Of a DNA stretch of 64,000 nucleotides, positions 48,714 to 60,803 are shown piece by piece. Position 1 is the first letter of the stretch, and the number at the start of each line of letters is the position of its first letter. The position numbers were made by a program, and so were the translations under genes. The notes under the pieces are model-generated. The model was not told the origin of the DNA, did not search any database, and saw only the letters and a program-made list of their open reading frames with translations. Source of the DNA: an uncultured Gammaproteobacteria bacterium (lineage in GTDB: Bacteria > Patescibacteriota > Patescibacteriia > CAZGFX01). Location: contig CAZGFX010000001.1 in NCBI GenBank assembly GCA_964524845.1, forward strand, positions 75,823 through 139,822, in the 5' to 3' direction.

Positions 48714-49301
48714 TTACGTGATTATTTTAAAATATCTTAAACATTTTTCATACTTTTGAACATGCGTGCTTGTTTCGTCTTTGGTAAGTGTGTTTCCGCT
48801 CTCATGAACAATCATATTTCGAACATGATGAGAGGAAATAACATCATTCATTACCGAGTGTTTTTTTGATGCGGTGATAATACGTTCCTGCGTTGTAGCC
48901 CCGCTAAAACCAAGTCCACGAAGCACATCATCCATAAGCTGATCCGCCTTTATAACAGCAAGTTGTCGAACATACGAATCATCTGATTCAACCATCGAGC
49001 TTATTTCATTCCATTGTTTTGTATAATCAACCGTCCGAGAACGAGAACGGCGCCGAAACGCATATGAAAAAATAATTCTAAGTGCAATAATAACAAATAA
49101 AATTTTAAAAAGAGTTGATTCAAAAAAAGAAATGAGAAGTCCGCTCACACTAAAATCAAACGAACCAACAGATTCCATAATCATTCCAACCGAATTTTTT
49201 GAAACAATTAGCATTTTTATCCATTCAAAAACAGATTCTACGGTAATGCTTCCCGAGAGATTTGAAAAAAATGAGGATACTATTTCGTTTATTTTTTCCA
49301 T
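48714..49301 (-). CDS. Hypothetical membrane protein
   Basis: TM, AVIKAD.L.D, H.VRNMIVHE (RN-x3-H, HEPN-like motif). Confidence 0.7.
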   Translation of the reverse strand: MEKINEIVSSFFSNLSGSITVESVFEWIKMLIVSKNSVGMIMESVGSFDFSVSGLLISFFESTLFKILFVIIALRIIFSYAFRRRSRSRTVDYTKQWNEISSMVESDDSYVRQLAVIKADQLMDDVLRGLGFSGATTQERIITASKKHSVMNDVISSHHVRNMIVHESGNTLTKDETSTHVQKYEKCLRYFKIIT

Positions 49302-49306
49302 ATGAT

Positions 49307-50752
49307 TTATAGTGGAGCAATATTTGCGAACCCTCTTTCAGATTCAATCGCATATGCGGCATTCAATATCGTCTGCTCAGCAAAATAATTACCGATAAGC
49401 TGAATACCGACGGGAAGTCCGTGCACAGGATTTACCGGCACAGAAATAGCCGGAAGGCCCGCGATATTTGCTGATACAGTACAGATGTCAGTAAGATAAA
49501 GGGTCAGTGGATCCGTTATCTTCTCTCCTATTTTAAACGCGGTCATTGGAGCAACAGGAGCGGCAATACAATCAACAGAAGAAAACGCTTTTTTGAAATC
49601 ACGAGTGATAAGTGCGCGTACTTTTTGGGCTTGCGCATAATAAGCGTCATAGTAACCAGCCGAGAGCACATAAGTACCAATCATAATTCGACGACGCACC
49701 TCATCTCCTAGTCCTTCTGTACGCGAAGAAATATATGTATGCAAAATATCATTTTCTTCTTTTCGTGTACCATATCTAATTCCATCATATCTCGCCATAT
49801 TCGCAGAAACTTCAGCGGGCATTATAATATAATATGTTGCTAGCGCGTATGGTACAAGTGGCAGTGATATATCAACAATTGTCGCTCCGCGAGATTTAAG
49901 AAGTTCAATTCCATCACGAACGCTTTTTTCAACATCAGAATCCATGCCATCAACAAAAAACTCTCGCGCGACGCCAATTCGCATTCCGGAAATATCGGAG
50001 TTAAGTTGTTCACTGTATGAAGGAACCGGCTCGCGAGAAGATGTGGCGTCGCGCGGATCCTCTCCGGCCATGATTTCCAAAAGTATAGCAGCGTCTTTTA
50101 CAGAACGCGTCAGTGGACCAGCCTGATCAAGTGACGATGCCATAGCCATAAGTCCATTTCTAGAGACACGTCCATAAGTTGGTTTCAACCCAACAATTCC
50201 GCAAAAAGAAGCTGGCTGACGAACAGATCCTCCTGTGTCAGTACCAAGTGCGAGCGGAGCAAGGCCTCCTGCAACAGCAGATGCTGAACCACCTGATGAA
50301 CCTCCAGGAACTCGCGTAACATCCCAAGGATTTTTCACCACTCCATAAGCAGAATTTTCATTCGATCCACCCATTGCAAACTCATCACAATTCGTTTTCC
50401 CTATTATGATAGCGCCTTCGTCGAGCAACCGATCAATAATCGTAGCATTTTCAGCAGGAATAAAATCTTTTAATATTTTTGAGCCACCGGTGCTTCGTAT
50501 GTTTTTCGTAACAATAATATCTTTAACAGCAATTGGTACTCCATATAAACGTCCATTTTTCTCTTTTCTTGAATCAAGCTCTTGGGCACGTGTTCTTGCT
50601 TCTTCTTTTGATAATGTAATAAAAGAGTTTAATTCTGGGTTATAATCAACAATTCTTTCTATATGAGAATCGACCACATCTCGCGCAGAGAGCGATCCCG
50701 TACGAACAAGTTCAGTGATTTCATATCCATTCTTTTCGAATATTTCGCTCAT
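49307..50752 (-). CDS. gatA: Asp/Glu-tRNA amidotransferase subunit A
   Basis: KTNCDEFAMG, GGSSGGS, TDTGGSVRQP, RRRIMIGTY. Confidence 0.96.
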   Translation of the reverse strand: MSEIFEKNGYEITELVRTGSLSARDVVDSHIERIVDYNPELNSFITLSKEEARTRAQELDSRKEKNGRLYGVPIAVKDIIVTKNIRSTGGSKILKDFIPAENATIIDRLLDEGAIIIGKTNCDEFAMGGSNENSAYGVVKNPWDVTRVPGGSSGGSASAVAGGLAPLALGTDTGGSVRQPASFCGIVGLKPTYGRVSRNGLMAMASSLDQAGPLTRSVKDAAILLEIMAGEDPRDATSSREPVPSYSEQLNSDISGMRIGVAREFFVDGMDSDVEKSVRDGIELLKSRGATIVDISLPLVPYALATYYIIMPAEVSANMARYDGIRYGTRKEENDILHTYISSRTEGLGDEVRRRIMIGTYVLSAGYYDAYYAQAQKVRALITRDFKKAFSSVDCIAAPVAPMTAFKIGEKITDPLTLYLTDICTVSANIAGLPAISVPVNPVHGLPVGIQLIGNYFAEQTILNAAYAIESERGFANIAPL

Positions 50753-51039
50753 AGTTTTTCTTTGAATACCGTGATAAATCGTCCTTTCTTTGCTGGCGCT
50801 TCTCGAAATGTATCGTCAGCGATTCCTCTTCCGTTTTTTACCTCGTCCTCACGAACAAAATTCGCATATCCGTGTACTTGTGAAATGGGATCAGTGTTCA
50901 TTGTATCGACCTCAGAAAGTTTTCCAACATAACTCAAAATAGACGACAACTGCTCTGCTGTCGCGTCAATCATGTGCTCGTCAAGATTTATTCGAGCTAA
51001 ATCCGCTATCTTTATAACCTCCTCACGAGATAGTTTCAT
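50749..51039 (-). CDS. gatC: Asp/Glu-tRNA amidotransferase subunit C
   Basis: EEVIKIADLARI, VRED; overlaps gatA start; start ATG 51039. Confidence 0.9.
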   Translation of the reverse strand: MKLSREEVIKIADLARINLDEHMIDATAEQLSSILSYVGKLSEVDTMNTDPISQVHGYANFVREDEVKNGRGIADDTFREAPAKKGRFITVFKEKL

Positions 51040-51135
51040 ATGGCCATATTTTAGCATAACTTAGGTACAAAATACACTTTGTTGTCAACACAGAAGATTG
51101 CTTTAAATGAATATGAGTTTCAAAACAAAAATATA

Positions 51136-51167
51136 AAAACTCCTGTTAGATTAGCTAACAGGAGTTT
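51136..51167 (-). terminator. Rho-independent terminator
   Basis: AAACTCCTGTTAG/CTAACAGGAGTTT. Confidence 0.8.
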
Positions 51168-51174
51168 GTTTAAA

Positions 51175-52428
51175 TTAATTTTCGTATCCTTCCAGTTTTT
51201 TTATCTTCCTTTCGACTGGAATGACTTCTCGAAGAAATTTTAAACTCGGTATATTCCATTTCTGGTGTTTCTTTAATCGCCTGATCCACTCGATCAAATA
51301 ATCAAGTAGTTCGAGCCTCCAAAAACGATTGAAAGAAGCAACCCATAGATCATTATCAAGATCCCCGGTAAATTTATTATTTTCTTTTTTCTCTTCCGGA
51401 ATATCCACCTCAAGCGGTACCCGAAAAATTGATAATTCCCTCAGAATTGATAAGGTCAAACGATCAAGATACTTCCACACATGCATTTTCCCAGCAGTAG
51501 ACATTTTTTCTACATCTAGAAACCCAATCATTCCAAGGTTGTGAATATGAATTATTTGGTGCGTATACCACAGATTACTTTCAAGAATCGAGACCTGTTG
51601 TTTCGCATTCTCATACTCTTCGATAGATGAACGTGAAATAGAATAACGAAACTCACTACAAACATTACGGTGTCTTGCTAAATTACTCAATATAATCGTA
51701 TAAATTTTCAAAATATCTTTTATATGAGGGATTATATGTCCTGCTACAACCTGTTCATTCCCTTTCACTAGACTCAAAAGATATTTTACAAAATCTATGT
51801 GCGACTTGTTTTCTGCATCAGGAATTGTGTTGTTTGTTCGATATTCAATCAATGGATCAGCTGAGAGACGAATATTGTTAATCGCACCATGTACATCCCA
51901 TACCCCTTTTCGAATTCCAAGAAGAATCTCTGAGTCTTGATAAGGAAACATATTAGATGCGTGTTTGTGTTTCACATCCAAAGGATCGTCTTTATCAAGG
52001 ACAAAAAATATTCGAGCGAAGTTCTGTGCTAAAAATATCGAATAATATTCATGTAACACTCTTCCTCTTAATTTTTTATCTGTTAAGTCCTCGTTTTTTA
52101 AACGATTATATTCAACACTAAGCGCGTGCTCGTTTTCTCCGAGAATATTATACTTATTGAAAAGCGTATAATATGTTTGTTCATACAACACTTGCCAAGA
52201 AATATTATGCTCTTTCGTAATCTGTTCGCACTGTTCATATAAAAACGTTTTCATTGATCCCCACTCATCAACGACAGGAATTTCGTTATCCACAGGGGTT
52301 TCTTCTATTATAATTTCTTCCGGTTCGTGATCAAATAAAAGCATTTTGTATACATCGTCATCACCAAACAGATCTTCTTCAAGAATTTCTTCTTCGCTGT
52401 TCTTTTCTTTTTTCTTTGAATCTTCCAT
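51175..52428 (-). CDS. Hypothetical protein, acidic N-terminus
   Basis: 417-aa ORF, AAGGAG, TTGACA upstream. Confidence 0.75.
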   Translation of the reverse strand: MEDSKKKEKNSEEEILEEDLFGDDDVYKMLLFDHEPEEIIIEETPVDNEIPVVDEWGSMKTFLYEQCEQITKEHNISWQVLYEQTYYTLFNKYNILGENEHALSVEYNRLKNEDLTDKKLRGRVLHEYYSIFLAQNFARIFFVLDKDDPLDVKHKHASNMFPYQDSEILLGIRKGVWDVHGAINNIRLSADPLIEYRTNNTIPDAENKSHIDFVKYLLSLVKGNEQVVAGHIIPHIKDILKIYTIILSNLARHRNVCSEFRYSISRSSIEEYENAKQQVSILESNLWYTHQIIHIHNLGMIGFLDVEKMSTAGKMHVWKYLDRLTLSILRELSIFRVPLEVDIPEEKKENNKFTGDLDNDLWVASFNRFWRLELLDYLIEWIRRLKKHQKWNIPSLKFLREVIPVERKIKKLEGYEN

Positions 52429-52621
52429 TTTTTTCTCCTTGCCCCCACAAGAGGCAGTGTCTTTTTTTATTTGTTTTTATCATATTACTTTAAACTTTAT
52501 TTATAAAATTGTCAAATTTATGGATAATTTCAATAGATCGACACAAATGTTCTATTATAAAAAACACTCCCTTGAACAAAAGTTCAGGGAATGTTTATAA
52601 TTTTACTATATTTAAGAAAAT

Positions 52622-53089
52622 TTAAGCCGCTTTTGTATCAATTGATTCTTGTTCTTTTCTTATACTATCTCCCATTAATATCATTTGGGTTCTATCGCTT
52701 AATTTTTTAACGTTTTGGAATTTTTTTTCAATTTGCTTTCTTAAAACCCCAAGAACTGGGGCGTCGGAAGATTCGGGTTCTTCTTCCATTGCCGCAATAT
52801 CAATAGTACGAATATCTGTCGATAGACCGATTACAACCTCCATAATTTCTCGTGCGGATTTTTTATCTCCTTTTTCTTCTGCTTCTTGTAATTTAGCAAA
52901 AGTGTCGTCGTATAAGACATCAAAAACATGTATTTTTTCTGCCAATTCAGGATTTTTTGTTTCTAAATTATCCAACCACATAAGATCCTCAACGGAACCT
53001 ATATTTTCAGGTGCTTTTAAATTCATAGCGGCATTTTGTTCAGAAGAATCAAAATCATGTTTTAAAGTACCCCTCATTCCCATTACCAT
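52622..53089 (-). CDS. Hypothetical acidic helical protein
   Basis: 155-aa ORF; TTGACT-N17-TATCAT; hairpin ~52562-52596 downstream. Confidence 0.7.
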   Translation of the reverse strand: MVMGMRGTLKHDFDSSEQNAAMNLKAPENIGSVEDLMWLDNLETKNPELAEKIHVFDVLYDDTFAKLQEAEEKGDKKSAREIMEVVIGLSTDIRTIDIAAMEEEPESSDAPVLGVLRKQIEKKFQNVKKLSDRTQMILMGDSIRKEQESIDTKAA

Positions 53090-53203
53090 ATGATTATTAA
53101 TTTATTTATTAACATTTTCATGATAGCATAATTATCAGAAAAAGTCAACTTTTTATTACAGCAAATTTAAAAAACCTCTAAATTAAGAGGTTTTTTTGTT
53201 ATT

Positions 53204-53875
53204 TTATTTGTTTGTTATCAATTTTAATTGTGGTTTTGTATTAGAAACAAATACATCCACCATGTCTTCATCTAATTTATAATCATAATAAGTAGACGAG
53301 GATTTCTCAGCACTAAACAATATAAAATCCTTAAAAGATCCTGGTTTTCTTAAAATATGAAGAGCTTCTTTTTTTGTTCTTATTCTCGAAATAAAAGAAT
53401 TAGGAGGAGCTTTATCAGAACGTAATACAGTGAAATTATCCATATTATAAAAAGTGAATAAATGTACCCCGTCTTCTTTTATATAAGTGTGGCCTGCTTC
53501 TCCTTCAAAATACCTTTTTACAACCGGCATATCGCAAACGTAGAAAAAATACGCTTTAAATAGATTAAACACAATTCCGTTCATGGTATCATTATCATTG
53601 GATGGCTCCGGTTTATACCAAATAATACCAGTACAAAACACAGGGTCAATTGATTCGACACAACAAGTAAGCGCTTTATAATAATTACTATCTTTTTTTC
53701 TTATAAGTTCGCTTATCTCTTCGGTGTTTTTTGCCGATATACGATGCGAGCCACCTGTATTTGCTGCCTTTCTGAATAAAAATTCATTTTTCCCAAACTT
53801 TTTCAGACTTTTCTTTTTGAATAAAAAATTGCCCAAAAAAGTTTTCTCCAAAAGCTTTTTTAAATTTACACGCAC
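53204..53875 (-). CDS. Hypothetical protein
   Basis: 223-aa ORF, GTG start with GAGGTG; terminator ~53169-53197. Confidence 0.7.
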   Translation of the reverse strand: MRVNLKKLLEKTFLGNFLFKKKSLKKFGKNEFLFRKAANTGGSHRISAKNTEEISELIRKKDSNYYKALTCCVESIDPVFCTGIIWYKPEPSNDNDTMNGIVFNLFKAYFFYVCDMPVVKRYFEGEAGHTYIKEDGVHLFTFYNMDNFTVLRSDKAPPNSFISRIRTKKEALHILRKPGSFKDFILFSAEKSSSTYYDYKLDEDMVDVFVSNTKPQLKLITNK

Positions 53876-53991
53876 AAAATCACCTCTTTTTCTATATTTT
53901 ATTTTTGTTTTTGTTAATTTACTTTTTCATTAAACTTTACAACAAATACCGAAAAAGTCAAATGTTTACACACAGAAATAAAGCTCGGAAA

Positions 53992-56037
<2,046 letters not shown>

Positions 56038-56132
56038 CTAATTATAGTATATCATATATTATCGAATATATAATAAAAAACCCATTCCGTATAATACGAA
56101 ATGGGTTTATAATTATTGTTTAATAGATAACT

Positions 56133-58532
56133 TTATTTCTTATTTTCTTCAGATTTTTTTGTTTGGACACTTCCGGTTTTTTCTTTTTCATCTTTTTTGC
56201 GTTCATCTTTGCTGACTTCTGGCTCGTTTTTTGTCTCGGCAGTATCAGAAGTAATTTTAGAATCTTCAATAATATGGTTTGCAAATGGTTTTCCTGTGAG
56301 TTTTTCGAGCAGACCTACACCCAAAAAACTCCCGATAATTCCACCTTCATTATCCTTTCCGCCTCCTATCACGAGGTTTTCCGGGATAAGTTTTATTTTG
56401 CCAGCAGCAAGTTGCGTAATAACCTGAATGTGTTCAAAAGCAGACTTGCCCATTGCATTGACTTGTAATTTATATGCTTCGGCTTGAGACGTTCCTTTTG
56501 CAAGAATAATATTTGCTTCTGCCATACCTACTTTTGTAGTTGCTTCCGCAGTTGCTTCTGCTTTTATTTTTGTTGATTCTGCTTCTCCTGTTGCGTGTAA
56601 GATAGCTGATGTTTTTTGACCTTCTGCTTCTCTTACTTTTGAATCAGCGTTGTTTTTTGCGATTTCAACGCTTCTTTCAGACTGCACAACCTGTTTTTGC
56701 ATGCTTGCTTGTTCTTCGGCATTCTTCAGATCTCTGTCTGCTTTCGCTGCTTCTTCTTGAGCTTTATATGTCTTTGTTTGTTGTTCGGCAATTTGTCTAT
56801 CTGTAACCGTTTTTGTCAGTTCTGGTGGTAAAACAACATCAGCAATTAATGTTTCTTTTGAATCGATGTGGTGTACCTTTAATACCGCGTCAATATGCGC
56901 TTTTGCGGCTTCTTGTAATTCTCGACGTGTAGTATACAACTCTAAGGCCTTAATTTTTTGAGCAGCATTACGGAAATGCGAACTGATCGCAGGTTCGAGA
57001 ACTTGAGAGATCATATCACTTACAGAACCGAGATTCGCGATCACCTTTGGTGCGTTTTGCATCGAAATATGGATGATTACACTCACATCCATTTTTGCAT
57101 TAAAAGCATCTGCGGTACGAAGAGTGATAGTGCTCAAATTTGAATCCAGTTTGTGTGCGCTTGATCGATTGTCGGCCCAGTTCAGAAGAATCTGGGTGGT
57201 CGGCACAATATCAACCTTACATATCTTGAGATTCATCGGGTGTTTGCCTGGCTGTAAGGGATTTACCCAGATACCTTTACATCCGTTTTCCACTATTTTT
57301 GCATTCACAGTATCATCTGTAAGATCAATACCGTCTGGACCGACATAACTTGTAACTACGCCACAGTGTCCGATATCAACATGAATCATATCTACTTTTT
57401 CGATGGTTGCAAACCATGGATTAATTGCATAATTTCCAGCACGTAATACAGGAATTTGCAAACCTTTTTGTCCACCGGCTTTCAAGAACGCATCCGAATC
57501 CTGAAAATTATTATGAGTATTCATAGGCAGTTCTTCGGCCGCGATTTTAGTCGGATCAGTGATTGGTTTTCCTTCGTTTATTGTAACAATTCCGATTTGA
57601 TCGGCGGCTATATTTGTCCAATCGGCAAGCTCAATAATCTTAAACAAATAAGGATTGAGTCTGTACCTTCCTGGCATGAGAATGTCACTTTGTCTACCTC
57701 TTTCACCACCGTTTATAATAAACGTTTCTCCGTTAAAAAAATTATTGTGTCCTTCTACTTTCTTACCGAGAAGTCTCCCTTCTGGAATCCTTGCGCCGTC
57801 CATCGCTTCTATTAAACCGATTTTTCCTCCTGGAATATTTGTGATTTTACATTTTTCCACACGGAACAAAATCGTGTTAATCCTATACGTACCAGGAGGA
57901 ATGAAAGCAATCTGTGGGCCTTTTTGTCCTCCGTTCCGAAGAAATGCTTCTCCGTCTTGAAAATTATCACACTCAACAGGAGAACCGAAATTACCACCGT
58001 CACGTGTTACTTGCTTTCCATCAATTGACTCAACATATCCAATCTCATCGTCCTCGAGAATAATAGCATTGACTATTTCTACATGGAAAAGATAGGGATT
58101 GATTCTGTATTCGCCATCAGGCAAAATTCGAATTTGTGGGCCTTTTTGTCCTCCGTTCCGAAGAAATGCTTCTCCGTCTTGAAAAAGATCACAATCAATC
58201 GCTTTAGCCATAATCTGACCGGATGGAATCGGCGCACCAGTGATAGCGCGCAAAACACCAACATGATTTTCAGGAATAACAATAAAAATATGTTTGGTTA
58301 TTTTGTAAATAAAAGGTAATAGGAAATGGAATCCTGGACCAAGCACCCTCGCTTGTACTCCGACTTCACCTTTTAGAGCAACGGTGCGTCCATCTGGCAT
58401 TTCTTTACCAAACCACCTTCTTTCCAAAACAATCATCTGATTTCCTTTTGCAATAACAAAAGAATTCAGAAAGACAAAAAATCCTCCCAGTATTAGTAAT
58501 ACCGGGACTAGATACTCGAACAATAAATCCAT
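56133..58532 (-). CDS. SPFH/flotillin-domain protein with N-terminal ~74-aa repeats
   Basis: TM; four FQD.EAFL..GGQKG.Q-type repeats; SPFH core; AEA-rich coiled coil. Confidence 0.85.
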   Translation of the reverse strand: MDLLFEYLVPVLLILGGFFVFLNSFVIAKGNQMIVLERRWFGKEMPDGRTVALKGEVGVQARVLGPGFHFLLPFIYKITKHIFIVIPENHVGVLRAITGAPIPSGQIMAKAIDCDLFQDGEAFLRNGGQKGPQIRILPDGEYRINPYLFHVEIVNAIILEDDEIGYVESIDGKQVTRDGGNFGSPVECDNFQDGEAFLRNGGQKGPQIAFIPPGTYRINTILFRVEKCKITNIPGGKIGLIEAMDGARIPEGRLLGKKVEGHNNFFNGETFIINGGERGRQSDILMPGRYRLNPYLFKIIELADWTNIAADQIGIVTINEGKPITDPTKIAAEELPMNTHNNFQDSDAFLKAGGQKGLQIPVLRAGNYAINPWFATIEKVDMIHVDIGHCGVVTSYVGPDGIDLTDDTVNAKIVENGCKGIWVNPLQPGKHPMNLKICKVDIVPTTQILLNWADNRSSAHKLDSNLSTITLRTADAFNAKMDVSVIIHISMQNAPKVIANLGSVSDMISQVLEPAISSHFRNAAQKIKALELYTTRRELQEAAKAHIDAVLKVHHIDSKETLIADVVLPPELTKTVTDRQIAEQQTKTYKAQEEAAKADRDLKNAEEQASMQKQVVQSERSVEIAKNNADSKVREAEGQKTSAILHATGEAESTKIKAEATAEATTKVGMAEANIILAKGTSQAEAYKLQVNAMGKSAFEHIQVITQLAAGKIKLIPENLVIGGGKDNEGGIIGSFLGVGLLEKLTGKPFANHIIEDSKITSDTAETKNEPEVSKDERKKDEKEKTGSVQTKKSEENKK
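57913..58185. repeat. 51-bp perfect direct repeat (57913-57963, 58135-58185)
   Basis: TGTGGGCCTTTTTGTCCTCCGTTCCGAAGAAATGCTTCTCCGTCTTGAAAA twice, 222 bp apart. Confidence 0.95.
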
Positions 58533-58746
58533 GATTAAACTCCTTTTTTAAAAGATCATATGGCAGTGACGCTGCTCCCCGTTATTACTTTTTGTAATAT
58601 AAATTTTATTTGTTTTAAATCCCTTTAGATTATAAGATTATAAAAAGATTGTCAAATACATATAATGGGTGAAAAAACCATGTTTTTAGTCATATATTTT
58701 AACTTATACTATTTCAAAAAAAACTAAAGTGATATATCATATTTCC

Positions 58747-59730
58747 ATGAATAACACGGTAAAATGGCTTAATGCTTTTCTTATTGTAGGAATCATAGGG
58801 TTTGGTGCGTATTTTATATATATTAATGGGGTTGATATTAATTTTTCAGTCCATCCTACACCTCATATGACAGAGAAATTACTCGCACCAAGTGATAAAA
58901 AAGAAGATGTTGTGTCCAACACGACCGAAAACAAAGAAAATATATCACTTCTTCCAACAGACATAAGATTTGCGATATGTGGAGATTCCGAATCTTCCAT
59001 ACCATATCTTGAAAAATGCGTAGACGCCATCAAAAAAGAATCGTATAGATTTTCCGTAAATATCGGGGATTTATTCGAAACAAACACACGAGACGAACAA
59101 AAAGAAAAAGAAATTGCAAAAAAAATATCTGAGGTTCAACCTCTGCCATATTTCGTAGTCGGAAATCATGATATTGATTTAAAAACACGCCTACCAATTC
59201 ACATATCATATTTTCCAAATGTGTTCGAAGGAAACAAAAAATCATACTACTCGTTTAATTACGACGGGGTGCATTTTGTCGTGCTCAATAATGCGGACAG
59301 AAAAATAGGATTCAGCAACGAACAACTTACTTGGCTTTCTGAGGATCTTGCTGGATCACAAGAACTTTTAAATAGTATAGCAAAAGAAAAAATGATGAGC
59401 GCGCCGCCGCTCTCAGTAATATACTTCATGCACAGACCAATCGCTTTTCCTTTGAGCGAGTTATACAACGATGACGAGACGAAACAATCTCGAGAAAGCA
59501 ATACGAAACTTCTTGATATAATATCAAAATATGACACCAAGCGTATATTTGCAGGTCATATTCACGGATATTTCGAATACCCTATATCACATAATGAAAA
59601 AGAAATCCCCGTCACAGTCGTCGGCGGCGCGCCCGGCTCGCAAAGTATCGGCACCACCACATCATCTCATTATATTGACGTACACGTGACAAATGATAGT
59701 ATTGAAATAAAGAAAAACAAACTTGAATAA
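58747..59730 (+). CDS. Membrane-anchored calcineurin-like metallophosphoesterase
   Basis: GD, IGDL, GNHD, MH.P, AGHIH; start approximate (ATG near 58748, ORF track starts 58729). Confidence 0.85.
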   Translation: MNNTVKWLNAFLIVGIIGFGAYFIYINGVDINFSVHPTPHMTEKLLAPSDKKEDVVSNTTENKENISLLPTDIRFAICGDSESSIPYLEKCVDAIKKESYRFSVNIGDLFETNTRDEQKEKEIAKKISEVQPLPYFVVGNHDIDLKTRLPIHISYFPNVFEGNKKSYYSFNYDGVHFVVLNNADRKIGFSNEQLTWLSEDLAGSQELLNSIAKEKMMSAPPLSVIYFMHRPIAFPLSELYNDDETKQSRESNTKLLDIISKYDTKRIFAGHIHGYFEYPISHNEKEIPVTVVGGAPGSQSIGTTTSSHYIDVHVTNDSIEIKKNKLE

Positions 59731-59782
59731 TTAAAAAAACCCCGATCAATAATCGAGGTTTTTTTCATTGCTTATTGTTTAC

Positions 59783-60142
59783 TTACACTGGAACGTGTTT
59801 TTTAATAAGAACATACAATTCTTCTTTGGTAAGTCCGACCATTTTTGCACGAGACTCAAATGTATGCTCCGGATCAATGTTCATATGAAAATCCAGACTT
59901 TCAATAAAAAAATGGACGTATGTGCCAAAACTATCATCACCAGAATTATTAACAGAAGATGTTAGAACACCAACAAAACTAGCCCCGGATGACCGGTATT
60001 TTGAAAACACAAGTGCACAACACGTTCCTTTATCAATTTTTTGGCATTTGTCAGTTATATCGACAATTCTTTCGACCACATTACTTTCTCCTGCGTGATT
60101 AGTAAAACCACCAAGAAAAGCCAAATCAAATATTCGTGCCAT
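59783..60142 (-). CDS. Hypothetical protein
   Basis: 119-aa ORF, AAGGAG, TTGACA-N17-TATTAT. Confidence 0.65.
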   Translation of the reverse strand: MARIFDLAFLGGFTNHAGESNVVERIVDITDKCQKIDKGTCCALVFSKYRSSGASFVGVLTSSVNNSGDDSFGTYVHFFIESLDFHMNIDPEHTFESRAKMVGLTKEELYVLIKKHVPV

Positions 60143-60323
60143 AAGTTTTTCTCCTTTAATTTGTTTGTTTTTGGTTATTTAGGTTTTTTAAAATATATTT
60201 ATCATAAAATAATACGGTATTTATATTTATTTGTCAAGTCTATAAACTGTTGTATTTAAGCCGTTTTTGAATAATTTTGTTTTAAAAAATAGATTCTATT
60301 ATAATTAACGAACTTAAAATATT

Positions 60324-60797
60324 ATGAGTATTGATAAACAACATCTTTGTAACTTTCTTGTAAAAGCAAAAAGAGCTACATACGCGGCCGGTGATATGGC
60401 TAATAAAATTATAAACGAAGATCATTCGACTACACTTATATTTGAAGAAGGCGATTGGAAATATCACGATAATTATTTCGGAGGAGAACCATTTGGCGGA
60501 AGAGAGGTTGTATTGTTTCAAAACACACCTATATATATTATGACGTACTATGGAAAGGTTGATGAAACAATAGTTGATTGTAACCAAATTTATAAAACAC
60601 TTCAAAATGCACTACTTTTAATTCCGCACGAGCACCCATACCGTGGTCCACGAGAATATATTCAAGAAAACTACAAGTATATAAATAATTTTACAGGAGA
60701 AGTCGATAATTTCTTCGGCGAAGAAATTATTATGCAAGATGGAAAAGAAATATACAAAACTAGATATAACGGTGGTTTTGTTGATCAGAGAAAATGA
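60324..60797 (+). CDS. DUF5680-like protein
   Basis: FLVKAKRATYA, YHDNYFGG..F.GREVV, PYRGP, GEE.I. Confidence 0.75.
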   Translation: MSIDKQHLCNFLVKAKRATYAAGDMANKIINEDHSTTLIFEEGDWKYHDNYFGGEPFGGREVVLFQNTPIYIMTYYGKVDETIVDCNQIYKTLQNALLLIPHEHPYRGPREYIQENYKYINNFTGEVDNFFGEEIIMQDGKEIYKTRYNGGFVDQRK

Positions 60798-60803
60798 AAA
60801 ACT

